Source: Squalus acanthias
Lineage: Eukaryota
DNA length: 64,000 nucleotides
Assembly: GCA_030390025.1 (NCBI GenBank)
Contig: CM059432.1
Coordinates: 131,690,001-131,754,000 of the forward strand
Direction of reading: 5' to 3'
The notes beneath the pieces were generated by a model that was given only the letters and a program-made list of their open reading frames with translations, did no database searches and was not told the DNA's origin. The position numbers and the translations under genes are program-made. Below are positions 29,201-36,860 of this stretch, one piece after another (position 1 is the stretch's first letter; every line of letters starts with the position of its first letter).

Positions 29201-29987
29201 GGGAGAACTCCCCTGCTCTTCTTCGAAATAGTGCCACGGGATCTTTTAGGTCTGCCTGAGAGGGCAGACGGGGCCTCGGTTTTACGTCTCATCGGAAAGA
29301 CGGCACCTCCGTCGGTACTGCCTTGGAGTGTCAGCCTAGATATTTGCACTCAAATCTCTGGAGTGGGACTTGAACCTACAACATTCCGACTCAGAGGCGA
29401 GGGTGCTAACACTGAGCCTCCACTGGCACCTAGTTTGATGGAGGGAAAAAAATCAGATTCAAATTAACCCTGTGGCAAATAAACTGTATTGTTTGAATCT
29501 GTGACTGGGGAATAGGGGAGGAGAGATTCTTTTTGTGCTGTTTTAGCAACAGAGACATTAGCGCCTCATGTGTTGAATATTTATAGATAATAGGTGTGTA
29601 GTTCCGACATTGGTGTGAGGCCACTCCACATATTTCTCACAGCACTCCCGAGTTCCCTAGGTCTGTTCAACTTCAGATCAAATTGACTTCAAGAACTTCA
29701 TTATTTCTGCAACCCTTTTTTTTTTTGTTAAAGTGTTTTAGTTTTCACATTGAACTGAAAGTAACTGTCTCTTTCATTATCCTTTAGGATATCCTGGATA
29801 TCCAGGTGTTGCCGAAGCAGGAGGAGAACCAGGTCCACAGGGCCCAATAGGATACAGTGGGCCTTCAGGTCAGCCAGGATTGCCTGGCGTGCCAGGGGTT
29901 CCTGGGATTTGTGAAGCTAGAGACTGTGGAATCCATGCTGCTGCTCTTCAGGCTCAACGCGGACTTTTGAAAGGACCAAATTATTAG
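2217..29987 (+). CDS. Collagen IX-like FACIT collagen alpha chain, 3' part (19 exons: COL2-NC2-COL1-NC1); 5' exons lie upstream of the window
   Basis: 19 AG/GT-bounded Gly-X-Y exons of 54,54,54,54,54,54,45,54,54,54,72,36,45,33,147,177,90,78,200 bp; collagen-IX-like NC2 ([30 protein letters not shown]); C-terminus GICEARDC...KGPNY*. Not confidently COL9A1, A2 or A3. Confidence 0.92.
2373..2426 (+). CDS. Collagen exon, 54 bp ([18 protein letters not shown])
   Basis: ttatag| ... |gtactg, 6 triplets. Confidence 0.93.
3530..6272. mobile_element. Internally deleted Harbinger element (Myb/SANT ORF relic on - strand) with an inserted CR1 LINE
   Basis: ORF 4813-5076(-) [17 protein letters not shown]...[11 protein letters not shown]...RIWVQ is Myb/SANT-like; TIR-like end caaaatctcggccc at about 6272; left boundary uncertain. 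Confidence 0.7.
5242..6228 (+). mobile_element. CR1-type LINE, 5'-truncated (RT C-terminus plus 3'UTR)
   Basis: ORF 5322-6095 with [45 protein letters not shown]; tail ctctatga. Confidence 0.93.
6792..7180 (+). mobile_element. 3' fragment of a second LINE family (CR1/L2 group)
   Basis: [19 protein letters not shown]...SWNSLP...[16 protein letters not shown]; same family at 10173-10730, 11248-12165, and short ends near 600, 22110 and 27365. Confidence 0.8.
7265..7410. mobile_element. Degenerate short MITE
   Basis: Imperfect TIR GGGAGTCATTTTCA / TGAAAATGACCTCC, flanked by ATT on both sides. Confidence 0.65.
7538..7591 (+). CDS. Collagen exon, 54 bp ([18 protein letters not shown])
   Basis: ttgtag| ... 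|gtaagt, 6 triplets. Confidence 0.95.
7714..7767 (+). CDS. Collagen exon, 54 bp ([18 protein letters not shown]); first Gly replaced by Ala
   Basis: ttttaag| ... |gtaagt, 5 perfect triplets plus Ala-Asp-Ile. Confidence 0.9.
7942..7995 (+). CDS. Collagen exon, 54 bp ([18 protein letters not shown])
   Basis: caacag| ... |gtgatt, 6 triplets. Confidence 0.95.
8224..9352 (+). repeat. 32-bp minisatellite (GGATACTATGAGAGTTAGGGTACTATAGGTCT), about 35 copies
   Basis: Direct tandem units with point variants; nearly every unit has one TTAGGG. Confidence 0.97.
9451..9504 (+). CDS. Collagen exon, 54 bp ([18 protein letters not shown])
   Basis: tgacag| ... |gtaaac, 6 triplets. Confidence 0.95.
10173..10730 (+). 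mobile_element. LINE 3' fragment (same family as 6792-7180) interrupted by a hAT MITE
   Basis: Colinear with 6792-7180 apart from the insertion at 10440-10585; A-rich tail. Confidence 0.85.
10440..10585. mobile_element. 146-bp hAT-type MITE
   Basis: TIR CAATGTTCCCCCTAA / TTAGTGGGAACGTTG (13/15), 8-bp TSD TGTGGGAG / TGCGGGAG. Confidence 0.85.
11248..12165 (-). mobile_element. LINE fragment (RT FADD motif to 3' end), same family as 6792-7180
   Basis: ORFs 11905-12207(-) MFADDCTVF...[11 protein letters not shown] and 11311-11739(-); T-rich tail at low coordinates. Confidence 0.88.
12497..13082 (+). mobile_element. CR1-type LINE 3' fragment
   Basis: ORF 12513-12953 [13 protein letters not shown]...[12 protein letters not shown]...[11 protein letters not shown]; same subfamily as 34548-36860. 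Confidence 0.92.
13165..13510 (+). mobile_element. Penelope-like element terminal fragment
   Basis: Homologous to 43510-43850, the 3' end of the Penelope copy. Confidence 0.8.
13408..13449 (+). ncRNA. Minimal hammerhead ribozyme motif (Penelope-associated)
   Basis: CCAGTT-CTGATGA-A-AGGTC-ATC-GACCT-GAAA-CGTT-AACTTGG: catalytic core, stem II and short stem I. Confidence 0.65.
13859..13903 (+). CDS. Collagen exon, 45 bp ([15 protein letters not shown])
   Basis: ttgtag| ... |gtaaat, 5 triplets. Confidence 0.94.
13988..14041 (+). CDS. Collagen exon, 54 bp ([18 protein letters not shown])
   Basis: cttcag| ... |gtaagt, 6 triplets. Confidence 0.95.
14147..14200 (+). CDS. Collagen exon, 54 bp ([18 protein letters not shown])
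   Basis: tttcag| ... |gtgctt, 6 triplets. Confidence 0.94.
14334..14387 (+). CDS. Collagen exon, 54 bp ([18 protein letters not shown])
   Basis: atgtag| ... |gtaagt, 6 triplets. Confidence 0.95.
15070..15420 (-). mobile_element. Degenerate LF-SINE-like element
   Basis: Reverse strand has ctgagctagctgatctgagctggggcagtagtggg and a tRNA-like head; boundaries approximate. Confidence 0.5.
16729..16800 (+). CDS. Collagen exon, 72 bp ([24 protein letters not shown])
   Basis: ttacag| ... |gtgagc, 8 triplets. Confidence 0.95.
16888..16923 (+). CDS. Collagen exon, 36 bp ([12 protein letters not shown])
   Basis: tcatag| ... |gtaaga, 4 triplets. Confidence 0.93.
17600..17830 (+). mobile_element. Degenerate SacSINE1/Deu-SINE 3' half
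   Basis: Reverse-complement similarity to 24305-24520. Confidence 0.6.
18146..18397 (+). mobile_element. CR1-type LINE 3' end
   Basis: Homologous to 5985-6228; ctatgattctat tail. Confidence 0.85.
19478..19990 (+). mobile_element. Tx1/L1-clade LINE 3' fragment (CCHC zinc finger)
   Basis: DLAWRVMH...[18 protein letters not shown]...[14 protein letters not shown]-rich island with an AT-rich 3' end. Confidence 0.75.
20375..20419 (+). CDS. Collagen exon, 45 bp ([15 protein letters not shown])
   Basis: tattag| ... |gtattt, 5 triplets. Confidence 0.93.
20510..20542 (+). CDS. Collagen exon, 33 bp ([11 protein letters not shown])
   Basis: ctatag| ... |gtttgt; ends mid-triplet, completed by the Leu starting the 147-bp exon, as in collagen IX genes. 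Confidence 0.92.
20885..21075 (+). mobile_element. LF-SINE-like fragment
   Basis: tRNA-like head, ccctggtctgtg...ttagctgatcacagctgg, gggaggggaa motifs. Confidence 0.5.
21100..21780 (-). mobile_element. Old degenerate CR1 LINE fragment
   Basis: Reverse-strand similarity to CR1 ORF2 (cagtactcaggatgtggtcaaaccagagcactata; aaatttcatctgcca). Confidence 0.6.
23006..23622. mobile_element. Non-autonomous DNA transposon (Harbinger-like) with AT-rich core
   Basis: Imperfect TIR GGGCCGGATGTTCCGA / TCGGAAATTCAGGGCC, flanks ATT/AAT, GC-rich arms. Confidence 0.6.
24305..24760 (-). mobile_element. SacSINE1-like Deu-SINE, near full length
   Basis: Reverse strand has a tRNA-like head (gtggctcagtgggtagcac...ggttcaagtccc), a Deu-domain-like body and a short-repeat tail. 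Confidence 0.88.
25087..25233 (+). CDS. Collagen exon, 147 bp ([10 protein letters not shown]...GEPGPVGAH), end of COL2
   Basis: atttag| ... |gtacgt; one residue plus 16 triplets. Confidence 0.95.
26924..27100 (+). CDS. Collagen exon, 177 bp: NC2 domain and start of COL1
   Basis: tgctag| ... |gtaagt; [59 protein letters not shown]. Confidence 0.94.
28084..28173 (+). CDS. Collagen COL1 exon ([26 protein letters not shown]...) with apparent 1-nt deletion near 28162
   Basis: taacag| ... |gtaatc; 90 bp (phase 0) whereas the next exon requires phase 1. Confidence 0.88.
28284..28361 (+). CDS. Collagen COL1 exon, 78 bp ([27 protein letters not shown]), phase 1/1
   Basis: ttttag| ... |gttcac; contains a two-residue G-V imperfection typical of FACIT COL1. 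Confidence 0.93.
29050..29428 (-). mobile_element. SacSINE1-like Deu-SINE copy
   Basis: Highly similar to 24370-24755. Confidence 0.88.
29788..29987 (+). CDS. Terminal collagen exon: end of COL1 plus NC1 ([27 protein letters not shown])
   Basis: ctttag| acceptor, triplets, FACIT cysteine pair CxxxxC, TAG at 29985-29987. Confidence 0.95.
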
Positions 29988-30450
29988 TGTTCAGCCATTG
30001 ACAAAGCCATGGTCTGGAATTAAAAAATAACCTGAGGTAGCAAGAATTGATCATTGCTCTGAGAAATGATACACCCAACATTGTATTTTATACCCCCACA
30101 TCCCTCGGAAAAACAGACATTATTCAAGTTGATAATGAATGGTTTGCTTAGCTGTTTTAAAAGAGTCAAGTTTGTATCTCACTATTAAAATTGTGCCCGA
30201 TGATTATTCTTCACATTATGTACTTATGTAAATAGCCAGTCAAATTTCTTCCTATAATATATTCTGGCCACATTTTTTTCCATCAAGACCTTTAATGTAA
30301 TTTTTAATTGCCAGTTTAAAAACCCAGGATATTTTTTCCAGATATTTTCAGGTCTTATTTTTAAATGTTAAAAAAAAGACAACATCAGTGGGGAAAAATT
30401 AAATCTCAAAATACATAATACCCAGCTAAAATCAGGGAAAATGATTTTAA

Positions 30451-30456
30451 AATAAA
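30451..30456 (+). terminator. Candidate polyadenylation signal AATAAA of the collagen gene
   Basis: AATAAA about 460 bp after the stop, followed by T-rich sequence; other ATTAAA/AATAAA candidates exist near 30019, 30184 and 30760. Confidence 0.35.
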
Positions 30457-31836
30457 AACAGTTTTATTTTTGAACGTTGTTAAAACTCCAAAGAAACAAG
30501 CAAGCAACTTCAAAAACAAAAGGTGAAGCTAAATGTCAACCCACAATTATTTATACAGTTCATGGCACCACTTTTATAGGGCTTGACATCACACTCTCAC
30601 TTAAACCCCTAGAAAAGTCTTTTTTTTTTAAATTAAAAGTAAAATTAATGCAGCTATGTTTACTGTTCTGGCTCTAGCCAGTTATCTACCACTATGATGG
30701 AGGGATATTTAAAAATGATTGAAGATAATGTTGAGGTGAATAGTTGTGATCTTGATTATAATAAAGAATGCCTTTGTGCGTGACCTGAGTCGGCCTATGA
30801 TTGATGACCTAAGTCTTCAGGGGAATATCAATGTGGTGATTGTGCCAGTGCACTTCTGCCCTTGCTCCAGACCTAACTAGAAATGAAAGACTGACATTTG
30901 CTATAGTGTAGAGTATTATAGTCCTCACAGCAGTGCCAAAAGATGTTCCATGTCCATCTTTTAAAGTAAAATCCAAATTGCACAGCCTTCGTTTCTTTTC
31001 TGCCCAAACTCCGGTTCATAGATCCACAGCATGCAATGTGTTGACTGCACCAATGCAATTTGCACATCTCCAGACCTGATTTTTGTAAGAAAACAATGGG
31101 AAATTTCATTCCCCTCACGCCACCCGCAATCAAATTGTTTTCTTTTGACGATTCATCGCCCCAAAAAAAATCCAGTACTTTTATCAGTGGAAATTGTTAA
31201 AAACTGATTTTTAAAATCTCTATTTATACACTACTCTAAACTGCATAATAACAAACATACCTTGGCAACAAAGAAAGAAACAAATCAGATTTTTTGTTTA
31301 GCACATTACTCGTGTTGGAAATGCTTCTAATCCAAAAATTGGTGTAAAGTTTATAGGCCTAGAAATTCGGGGGCTTAGCGCCACCCGTTACTGCCAGATT
31401 CGGGCGTAAAAATGGCGGCGGCCGCTCTTCCGCCCGCTGCTGGCGGGTTCTGCAGCAGCCGCCATTTTTGGATGGCCAGCAGCGATGTCTGCGCTCTCTA
31501 AGGATATATAGATTATGCAGATTGTGCTGTCAGTGAGTGTGCAACACCCACCCGACGCCCGATCTGCCATCTTGGAGTTCGCTGCTCAACTTACCAGCAT
31601 GCCTTAAGTACGACGTGCTGAGCAAGCGTTGACAAGCAGGAAGGAGGCTCCAGCAGTGATATTTCAAGTGATCATCAGCAACAACTTGCACCTGACATGT
31701 TTCTGCATGTTGACTACAACTCCAGCAGCTTTATTAACTTCTTTCAAGGTTCTAAGGTAACAAAAAGTGTTGTTGCAAATGGAGAACACCTTCATTATTA
31801 TTTAAAGGCTTCTGGTCTCAACACTTGCTCACAGTC

Positions 31837-32993
31837 ATGGGGGCTGTACGGGCAGTCCCCCTCGTGCTCGAGTATCTTAGGGAGAGGGAGCGAGGGAACG
31901 AAGAAGACGAGAAGATGCGCGCAGAGGGAGGAGGAAGAGGGCTCTCAACAGGAGGCCTTATCCACATAGGGTCTTCAGAGAGCACTTCTCTTACACTGCT
32001 CCTCGCTTAAGTGGATTTATCAGGAGGCTATGCTTCACCAAGGAGATGGTCACAGAACTCTGCCACCTCCTGCAGCCTGAGAGCAGGGCGACCACGGCTC
32101 TCCCAGTGGCAGTCAAGGTCACCGTGGCCCTCAATTTCTTCGCCAGTGGATCCTTCCAGTCTGCAGCAGGAGATATAGTCAACATCTCCCAGTTTGCCAT
32201 CCATCGCTGCATCCGGGAGGTCACTGAGGCTCTCTACACCAGGAGAAGGGACTACATTGGCTTCTTGACCACCAGAGAGAAGCAGGACAAGATCGCATGT
32301 GGCTTTGTCAGGATAGCGGGCTTTCCCATGGTGCAGGTCGCCATCGACTGCACCCATGTGGCTTTGCGGGTGCCATATAACAATCCTGAGATCTTCCGTA
32401 ACTGCAAAGTCTACCAGTCACTTAATGTGAAGGTGATGTGTGACCACGGCTAGCGCTTCCTGATGGACAATGCCCGCTATCCTGGCAGCAGCCATGATGA
32501 TTTATCCTGCGTCAGTCCGGTGTGCCCGCAATCTTCCAGCCAGCACATGAAACTCAAGGGTGGCTGCTTGGAGACAAGGGCTAACCGCTCTGCATCTGGC
32601 TGATGACTCCCCTCGGCAACCCCACCACTTGTGCCCGGTACTCATATAATGAGAGCCATGCTTCCACCAAGAACATCATTGAGCAGACCATCAGGTTACT
32701 GAAGCAACGGTTCCGCTGCTTTGACCGCTCGGGAGGAGCCCTCCAGTACTTGGCGGAACGGGTGTCCCATTTTGTGCTGGTCTGCTGCATGCTTCACAAC
32801 TTGGCCATCATGAGGACGCAGCCCTTGCCACCAGGGATTGCGGGACCACCTCAGGAGGTCGACAAGGGAGAGGAAGCAGACGAGAAATAGGAGCAAGAGG
32901 AAGAGGACGAGGAGGGAGGGAGGTGGCAGGCAGCCAATCCCCCCTTCCGGATGGGCTGTCCGTGAACACCTCATCAGACTCCAAGTCCAATGA
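31837..32993 (+). pseudogene. Harbinger DDE transposase (HARBI1-like), disrupted
   Basis: LNFFASGSFQ, AGFPMVQVAIDCTHV, YPGSSHD, LLGDKG, YNESHASTKNIIEQTIRLLKQRFRC, CCMLHN motifs; stops at 32451 and 32582 plus frameshifts. Confidence 0.9.
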
Positions 32994-34547
32994 ATGAAAC
33001 CCCAGATCCAATTTGCTCTCCACATCCCCATCATACCACTGTCACAGAATATCAAAGCGTCCTCCTGGGCACAAAGCTGAAATGAGAGCCACCACAAAAG
33101 ATTCCAAACAAAATTTATAAATTTATCCAAAATCAATTGACACATATTTACACTTACGATATGAACTAATCACCCTTGTGCAATCCCTTAGTGCCTCTCG
33201 TTTGGGTGCCCTTTCCTGATCTAGTGCTCTTATGAAGTGGTTCCCCCAGTGGCTGCAGCATTGCTGGTGGAAGGCTGCTGAGTTTCCATGGGGGAGACGT
33301 CAGATGGCCTTGCAGGATGACCTCGAGCAGCTCTGGCCCTAGAAGGCCCGGCTGTAGACTGCACCACCTCTACATGGGCGGCAGCAGTCTGGGCTGGCTG
33401 GCTGACAGGCACCAGCAAGGGCAATGACCTAGTGGCCGTGATGGGAACAGGAATGCTGTCATCCTGAGAGAGGACAGCAGGGTCCTGCTCCACTGACCCA
33501 CTGCCAGTCCCCTGGGGTGGTGCCTCAGCATTCCTAGCAATCTGTTGGAGCACAGATTGCTGGGCTGCTGCGACACCCTGCAAGCCCCGGTCAACAATGG
33601 TATACTCAGCCACGAAGGCAGTAGTCTGAGCTTGGGTAGCATCAAGCTGAGACTGCATGAGAGCAGTCTGAGCTTGGGTAGCATCAAGCTGAGATTGCAC
33701 GAGAGCAGCCTGAGTTTGGGTGGCACAAAGCTGAGACTTCATGACAGTGGTCTGCGCTTCCGCTGCAGCACTAAGACATTGGGTGGCTTTCGCCTGTGCT
33801 GCAATGGCAGCCGTGATATCGCCCATCACACGCAGCATCCTGTCTGGGTCGACACGGTCTCTTTGGGAGTCTTCCGTCATTTCCAGCCTGGAAATCCTGG
33901 GCTCCAAGCTCTGCGCAGAGCCCCGTGCAATGTTGGAGGCGGACTCCTCCATGGTCCTTGTCATTGCCAAGAGGCTCTTTGGCAGGCTTGCATTGCACCG
34001 AGCAATTCGGTGTGCATGCTCATCACCCTTCTTCTGAAGTCAGCCCCATCTAGGTCCTCATCTGAGTCCTGTACAGCAGAACTCGTGCGTGAACTCGCTC
34101 TCCGGGGAGCTGGCCCCTGAGCTACCATTTCCCCCTGGCCTTGCTGCAGCCCACTCGTGCCCGGTGCCTCACCCTGTGCAGATCCCGCTTCTACACTAGC
34201 CTCTAAAGTATGCGCAGTGCCAGTTTCTGAGCGGGTGTCTGCTCGTGACAGATGCAGTGATGCAGTGTCTTCTTCTTCTTCTTCTCTCCCCTCGCCTCAG
34301 GTGCTTGGTCGGGTTATGGTGAGGGGAAGGGCTGGAAGCAAGCTATGCATGCGTGCAGTATCAGCAGCTTGAAGGTGAGAAGAGATTTTGGGATGAGGGA
34401 GAAGTGGGATGTGAGAAGAAGGATTAGGAATGAGCATACCATTGTTGTCCCCAAGGCATTCAACCTCACCGGTTGCCACGGCCTCTATTATCTACCACCC
34501 AATGATCTCCAGCATTCTCTCCTCCAGCTGGCTGAGGTCCAGGATGT

Positions 34548-36860
34548 CCTCATGTCGCCTTTGGTTCTTCTGCCAATCACCTTAAATCTGTGTCCTCTGG
34601 TTCTTGACCCTTCTGCCAATGGGAACAGTTTCTCTCTATCTACTCTGTCTAGACCCCTCATGATTTTGAACACCTCTATCATATCTCCTCTCAACCTTCT
34701 CTGTTCTAAGGAGAACAATCCCAGCTTCTCCAGTCTATCCACGTAACTGAAGTCCCTCATCCCTGGATCCATTCTTGTAAATCTTTTCTGCACCCTCGCT
34801 AAGGCCTTCACATCCTTCCTAAAGTGAGGTGCCCAGAATTGAACACACTACTCAAGTTGAGGAAAAACCAGTGTTTTATAAAGGTTCATCATAACTTCCT
34901 TGCTTCTGTACTCCATGGGCTGGATTTTGAATGACCCATGGAGTCGGGTTTGGAGGCGTGTGGGAGGTTAAATTTGCGGGGACCGGGGTCCCGACCCCAT
35001 CCCGACTCCATCCCGCCTCCACGCAATTTTGACAAAATCAGTCGCGGGGTTCCCGACTCCATCCCACCTCCAAGAGGCGGGAGAGGCCATTAAAGCCCTT
35101 AACAAGCTTTAAATTGGCTCTGTAATGCGATTTTCAAACGTTTCAGCTAGTTTAACCCTTTTCTGACGTGAAGCACGCCTGGTGTGAAACACTTCAGTGA
35201 AACCTGGCGGGAGCACAAGTGGATAGCTGACTATCGGCTGCAGGTCCACTATTACAACAGAGATGTGTGATGAAGGCAGTGGTAGTATTAGGTGGTGTGA
35301 AAGTCACGTCTGATGCTGCTGCATTGAATGTGTTCTGAGACTGCATGGCATTTGGTGTGAGAGGACTTGGATGGATGCAAAAAAATCTTCCCTCTCTCCC
35401 TCTCCCTCTCCCCCTCTCCCCCATCTTGCATTCAGATCCACTCACATCAGAAGCAAGCCAGGGAGGTCCTCTCCCACCAACAGTCTCTCAGACTAGGCAG
35501 TCAGCAATGATGACATCATCAGAGGCGACTTTCAGACTGAAAACACTAATTAGTTCATGGGTTTCCACATGCTAGAACTCAATTGACCAATTAAGTGAAA
35601 ATTGCATCATTCTTCCACATTCAACTGGAGTCGGGGGGGAAACACAAAATGCGGATGACACGACCCCAACCCGACCCCAAGACAAAATCCAGCCCTATGT
35701 CTCTATTTATGAAGCCCAGGATCCCATATGCTTTTTTAACCACTTTCTCAACCTGCCACCTTCAACGATTTGTGCACATATACCCCCAGGTTTCTCTGTT
35801 CATGCACCCACTTTAGAATTGTACTCTTTAGTTTATATTGCCTCTCCTCGTTCTTCCTACCAAAATGTACCACTTTGCAGTTTTCTGCGTTAAATTTCAT
35901 CTGCCACATGTCCGCCCATTCCACCAGCCTGTATATGTCCTTTTTAAGTCTATCACTATCCTCCCCACTGTTCACTATACTTCCAAGTTTTGTGTCATCT
36001 GAAAATTTTGAAATTGTGCCCTGTACACCCAAGTCTAAGTCATTAATATATACCAAGAAAAGCAGTGGTCCTAGTACCGACCCCTGGGGAACCCCACTGT
36101 GTACCTTCCTCCAGTCCGATAAACAACCGTTCACCACTACTCTGTTTCCTGTCACTTAGCCAATTTCGTATCCATGCTGCCACTGTCCCTTTAATTCCAT
36201 GGGCTTCAAATTTGCTGGCACGCCTATTATGTGGCACTTTATCAAACACCTTTTGGAAGTCCATGTGCATCACATCAACCACATTGCCCTCATTAACCCT
36301 CTCTGTTACCTCATCAAAAAACTCAATCAAGTTAGTTAAACATGATTTGCCTTTAACAAATCCGTGCTGGCTTTCCTTAATTAATCCACACTTGTCCAAG
36401 TGACTGTTAATTTTGTCCCGGATTATCGTTTCTAAAAGCTTCCCCACTACCGAGGTTAAACTGACTGGCCTGTAGTTGCTGGGTTTATCCTTACAACCTT
36501 TTTTGAACAAGGGTGCAACATTTGCAATTCTCCAGTCCTCTGGCAACACCCCTGTATCCAAGGAGGATTGGAAGATTATGGCCAGCACCTCCTCAATTTC
36601 CACTTTTACGTCCCTCAGCATCTGAGGATGCATCCCATCCGGTCCTGGTGACTTATCTACTTTAAGTACAGCCAGTCTTTCTAGTACCTCCTCTTTATCA
36701 ATTTTTATCCCATCCAGTATCTCAACTACCTCCTCTTTCACTATGACTTTGGCAGCATCTTCTTCCTTGGTAAAGACAGATGCAAAGTACTCATTTAGTA
36801 CCTCAGCCATGCCCTCTGCCTCCATGCGTAGGTCTTCATTTTGGTCCCAATCAGTCCCTA
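34548..36860 (-). mobile_element. CR1-type LINE fragment inside the Harbinger, split by a MITE
   Basis: ORFs 36043-36825(-), 35748-36155(-) (GVPQGSVLGP, FSDD) and 34488-34811(-). Confidence 0.93.
34917..35695. mobile_element. Harbinger-type MITE (family A)
   Basis: TIR GGGCTGGATTTTG / CAAAATCCAGCCC, flanks CAT/TAT; inverted copy at 47682-48380. Confidence 0.9.

Noticed and set aside
31837..32993. Host HARBI1 gene
   Set aside because: Multiple stops and frameshifts, and it sits inside TIRs with a TSD and a convergent Myb ORF, so it is a transposon copy.
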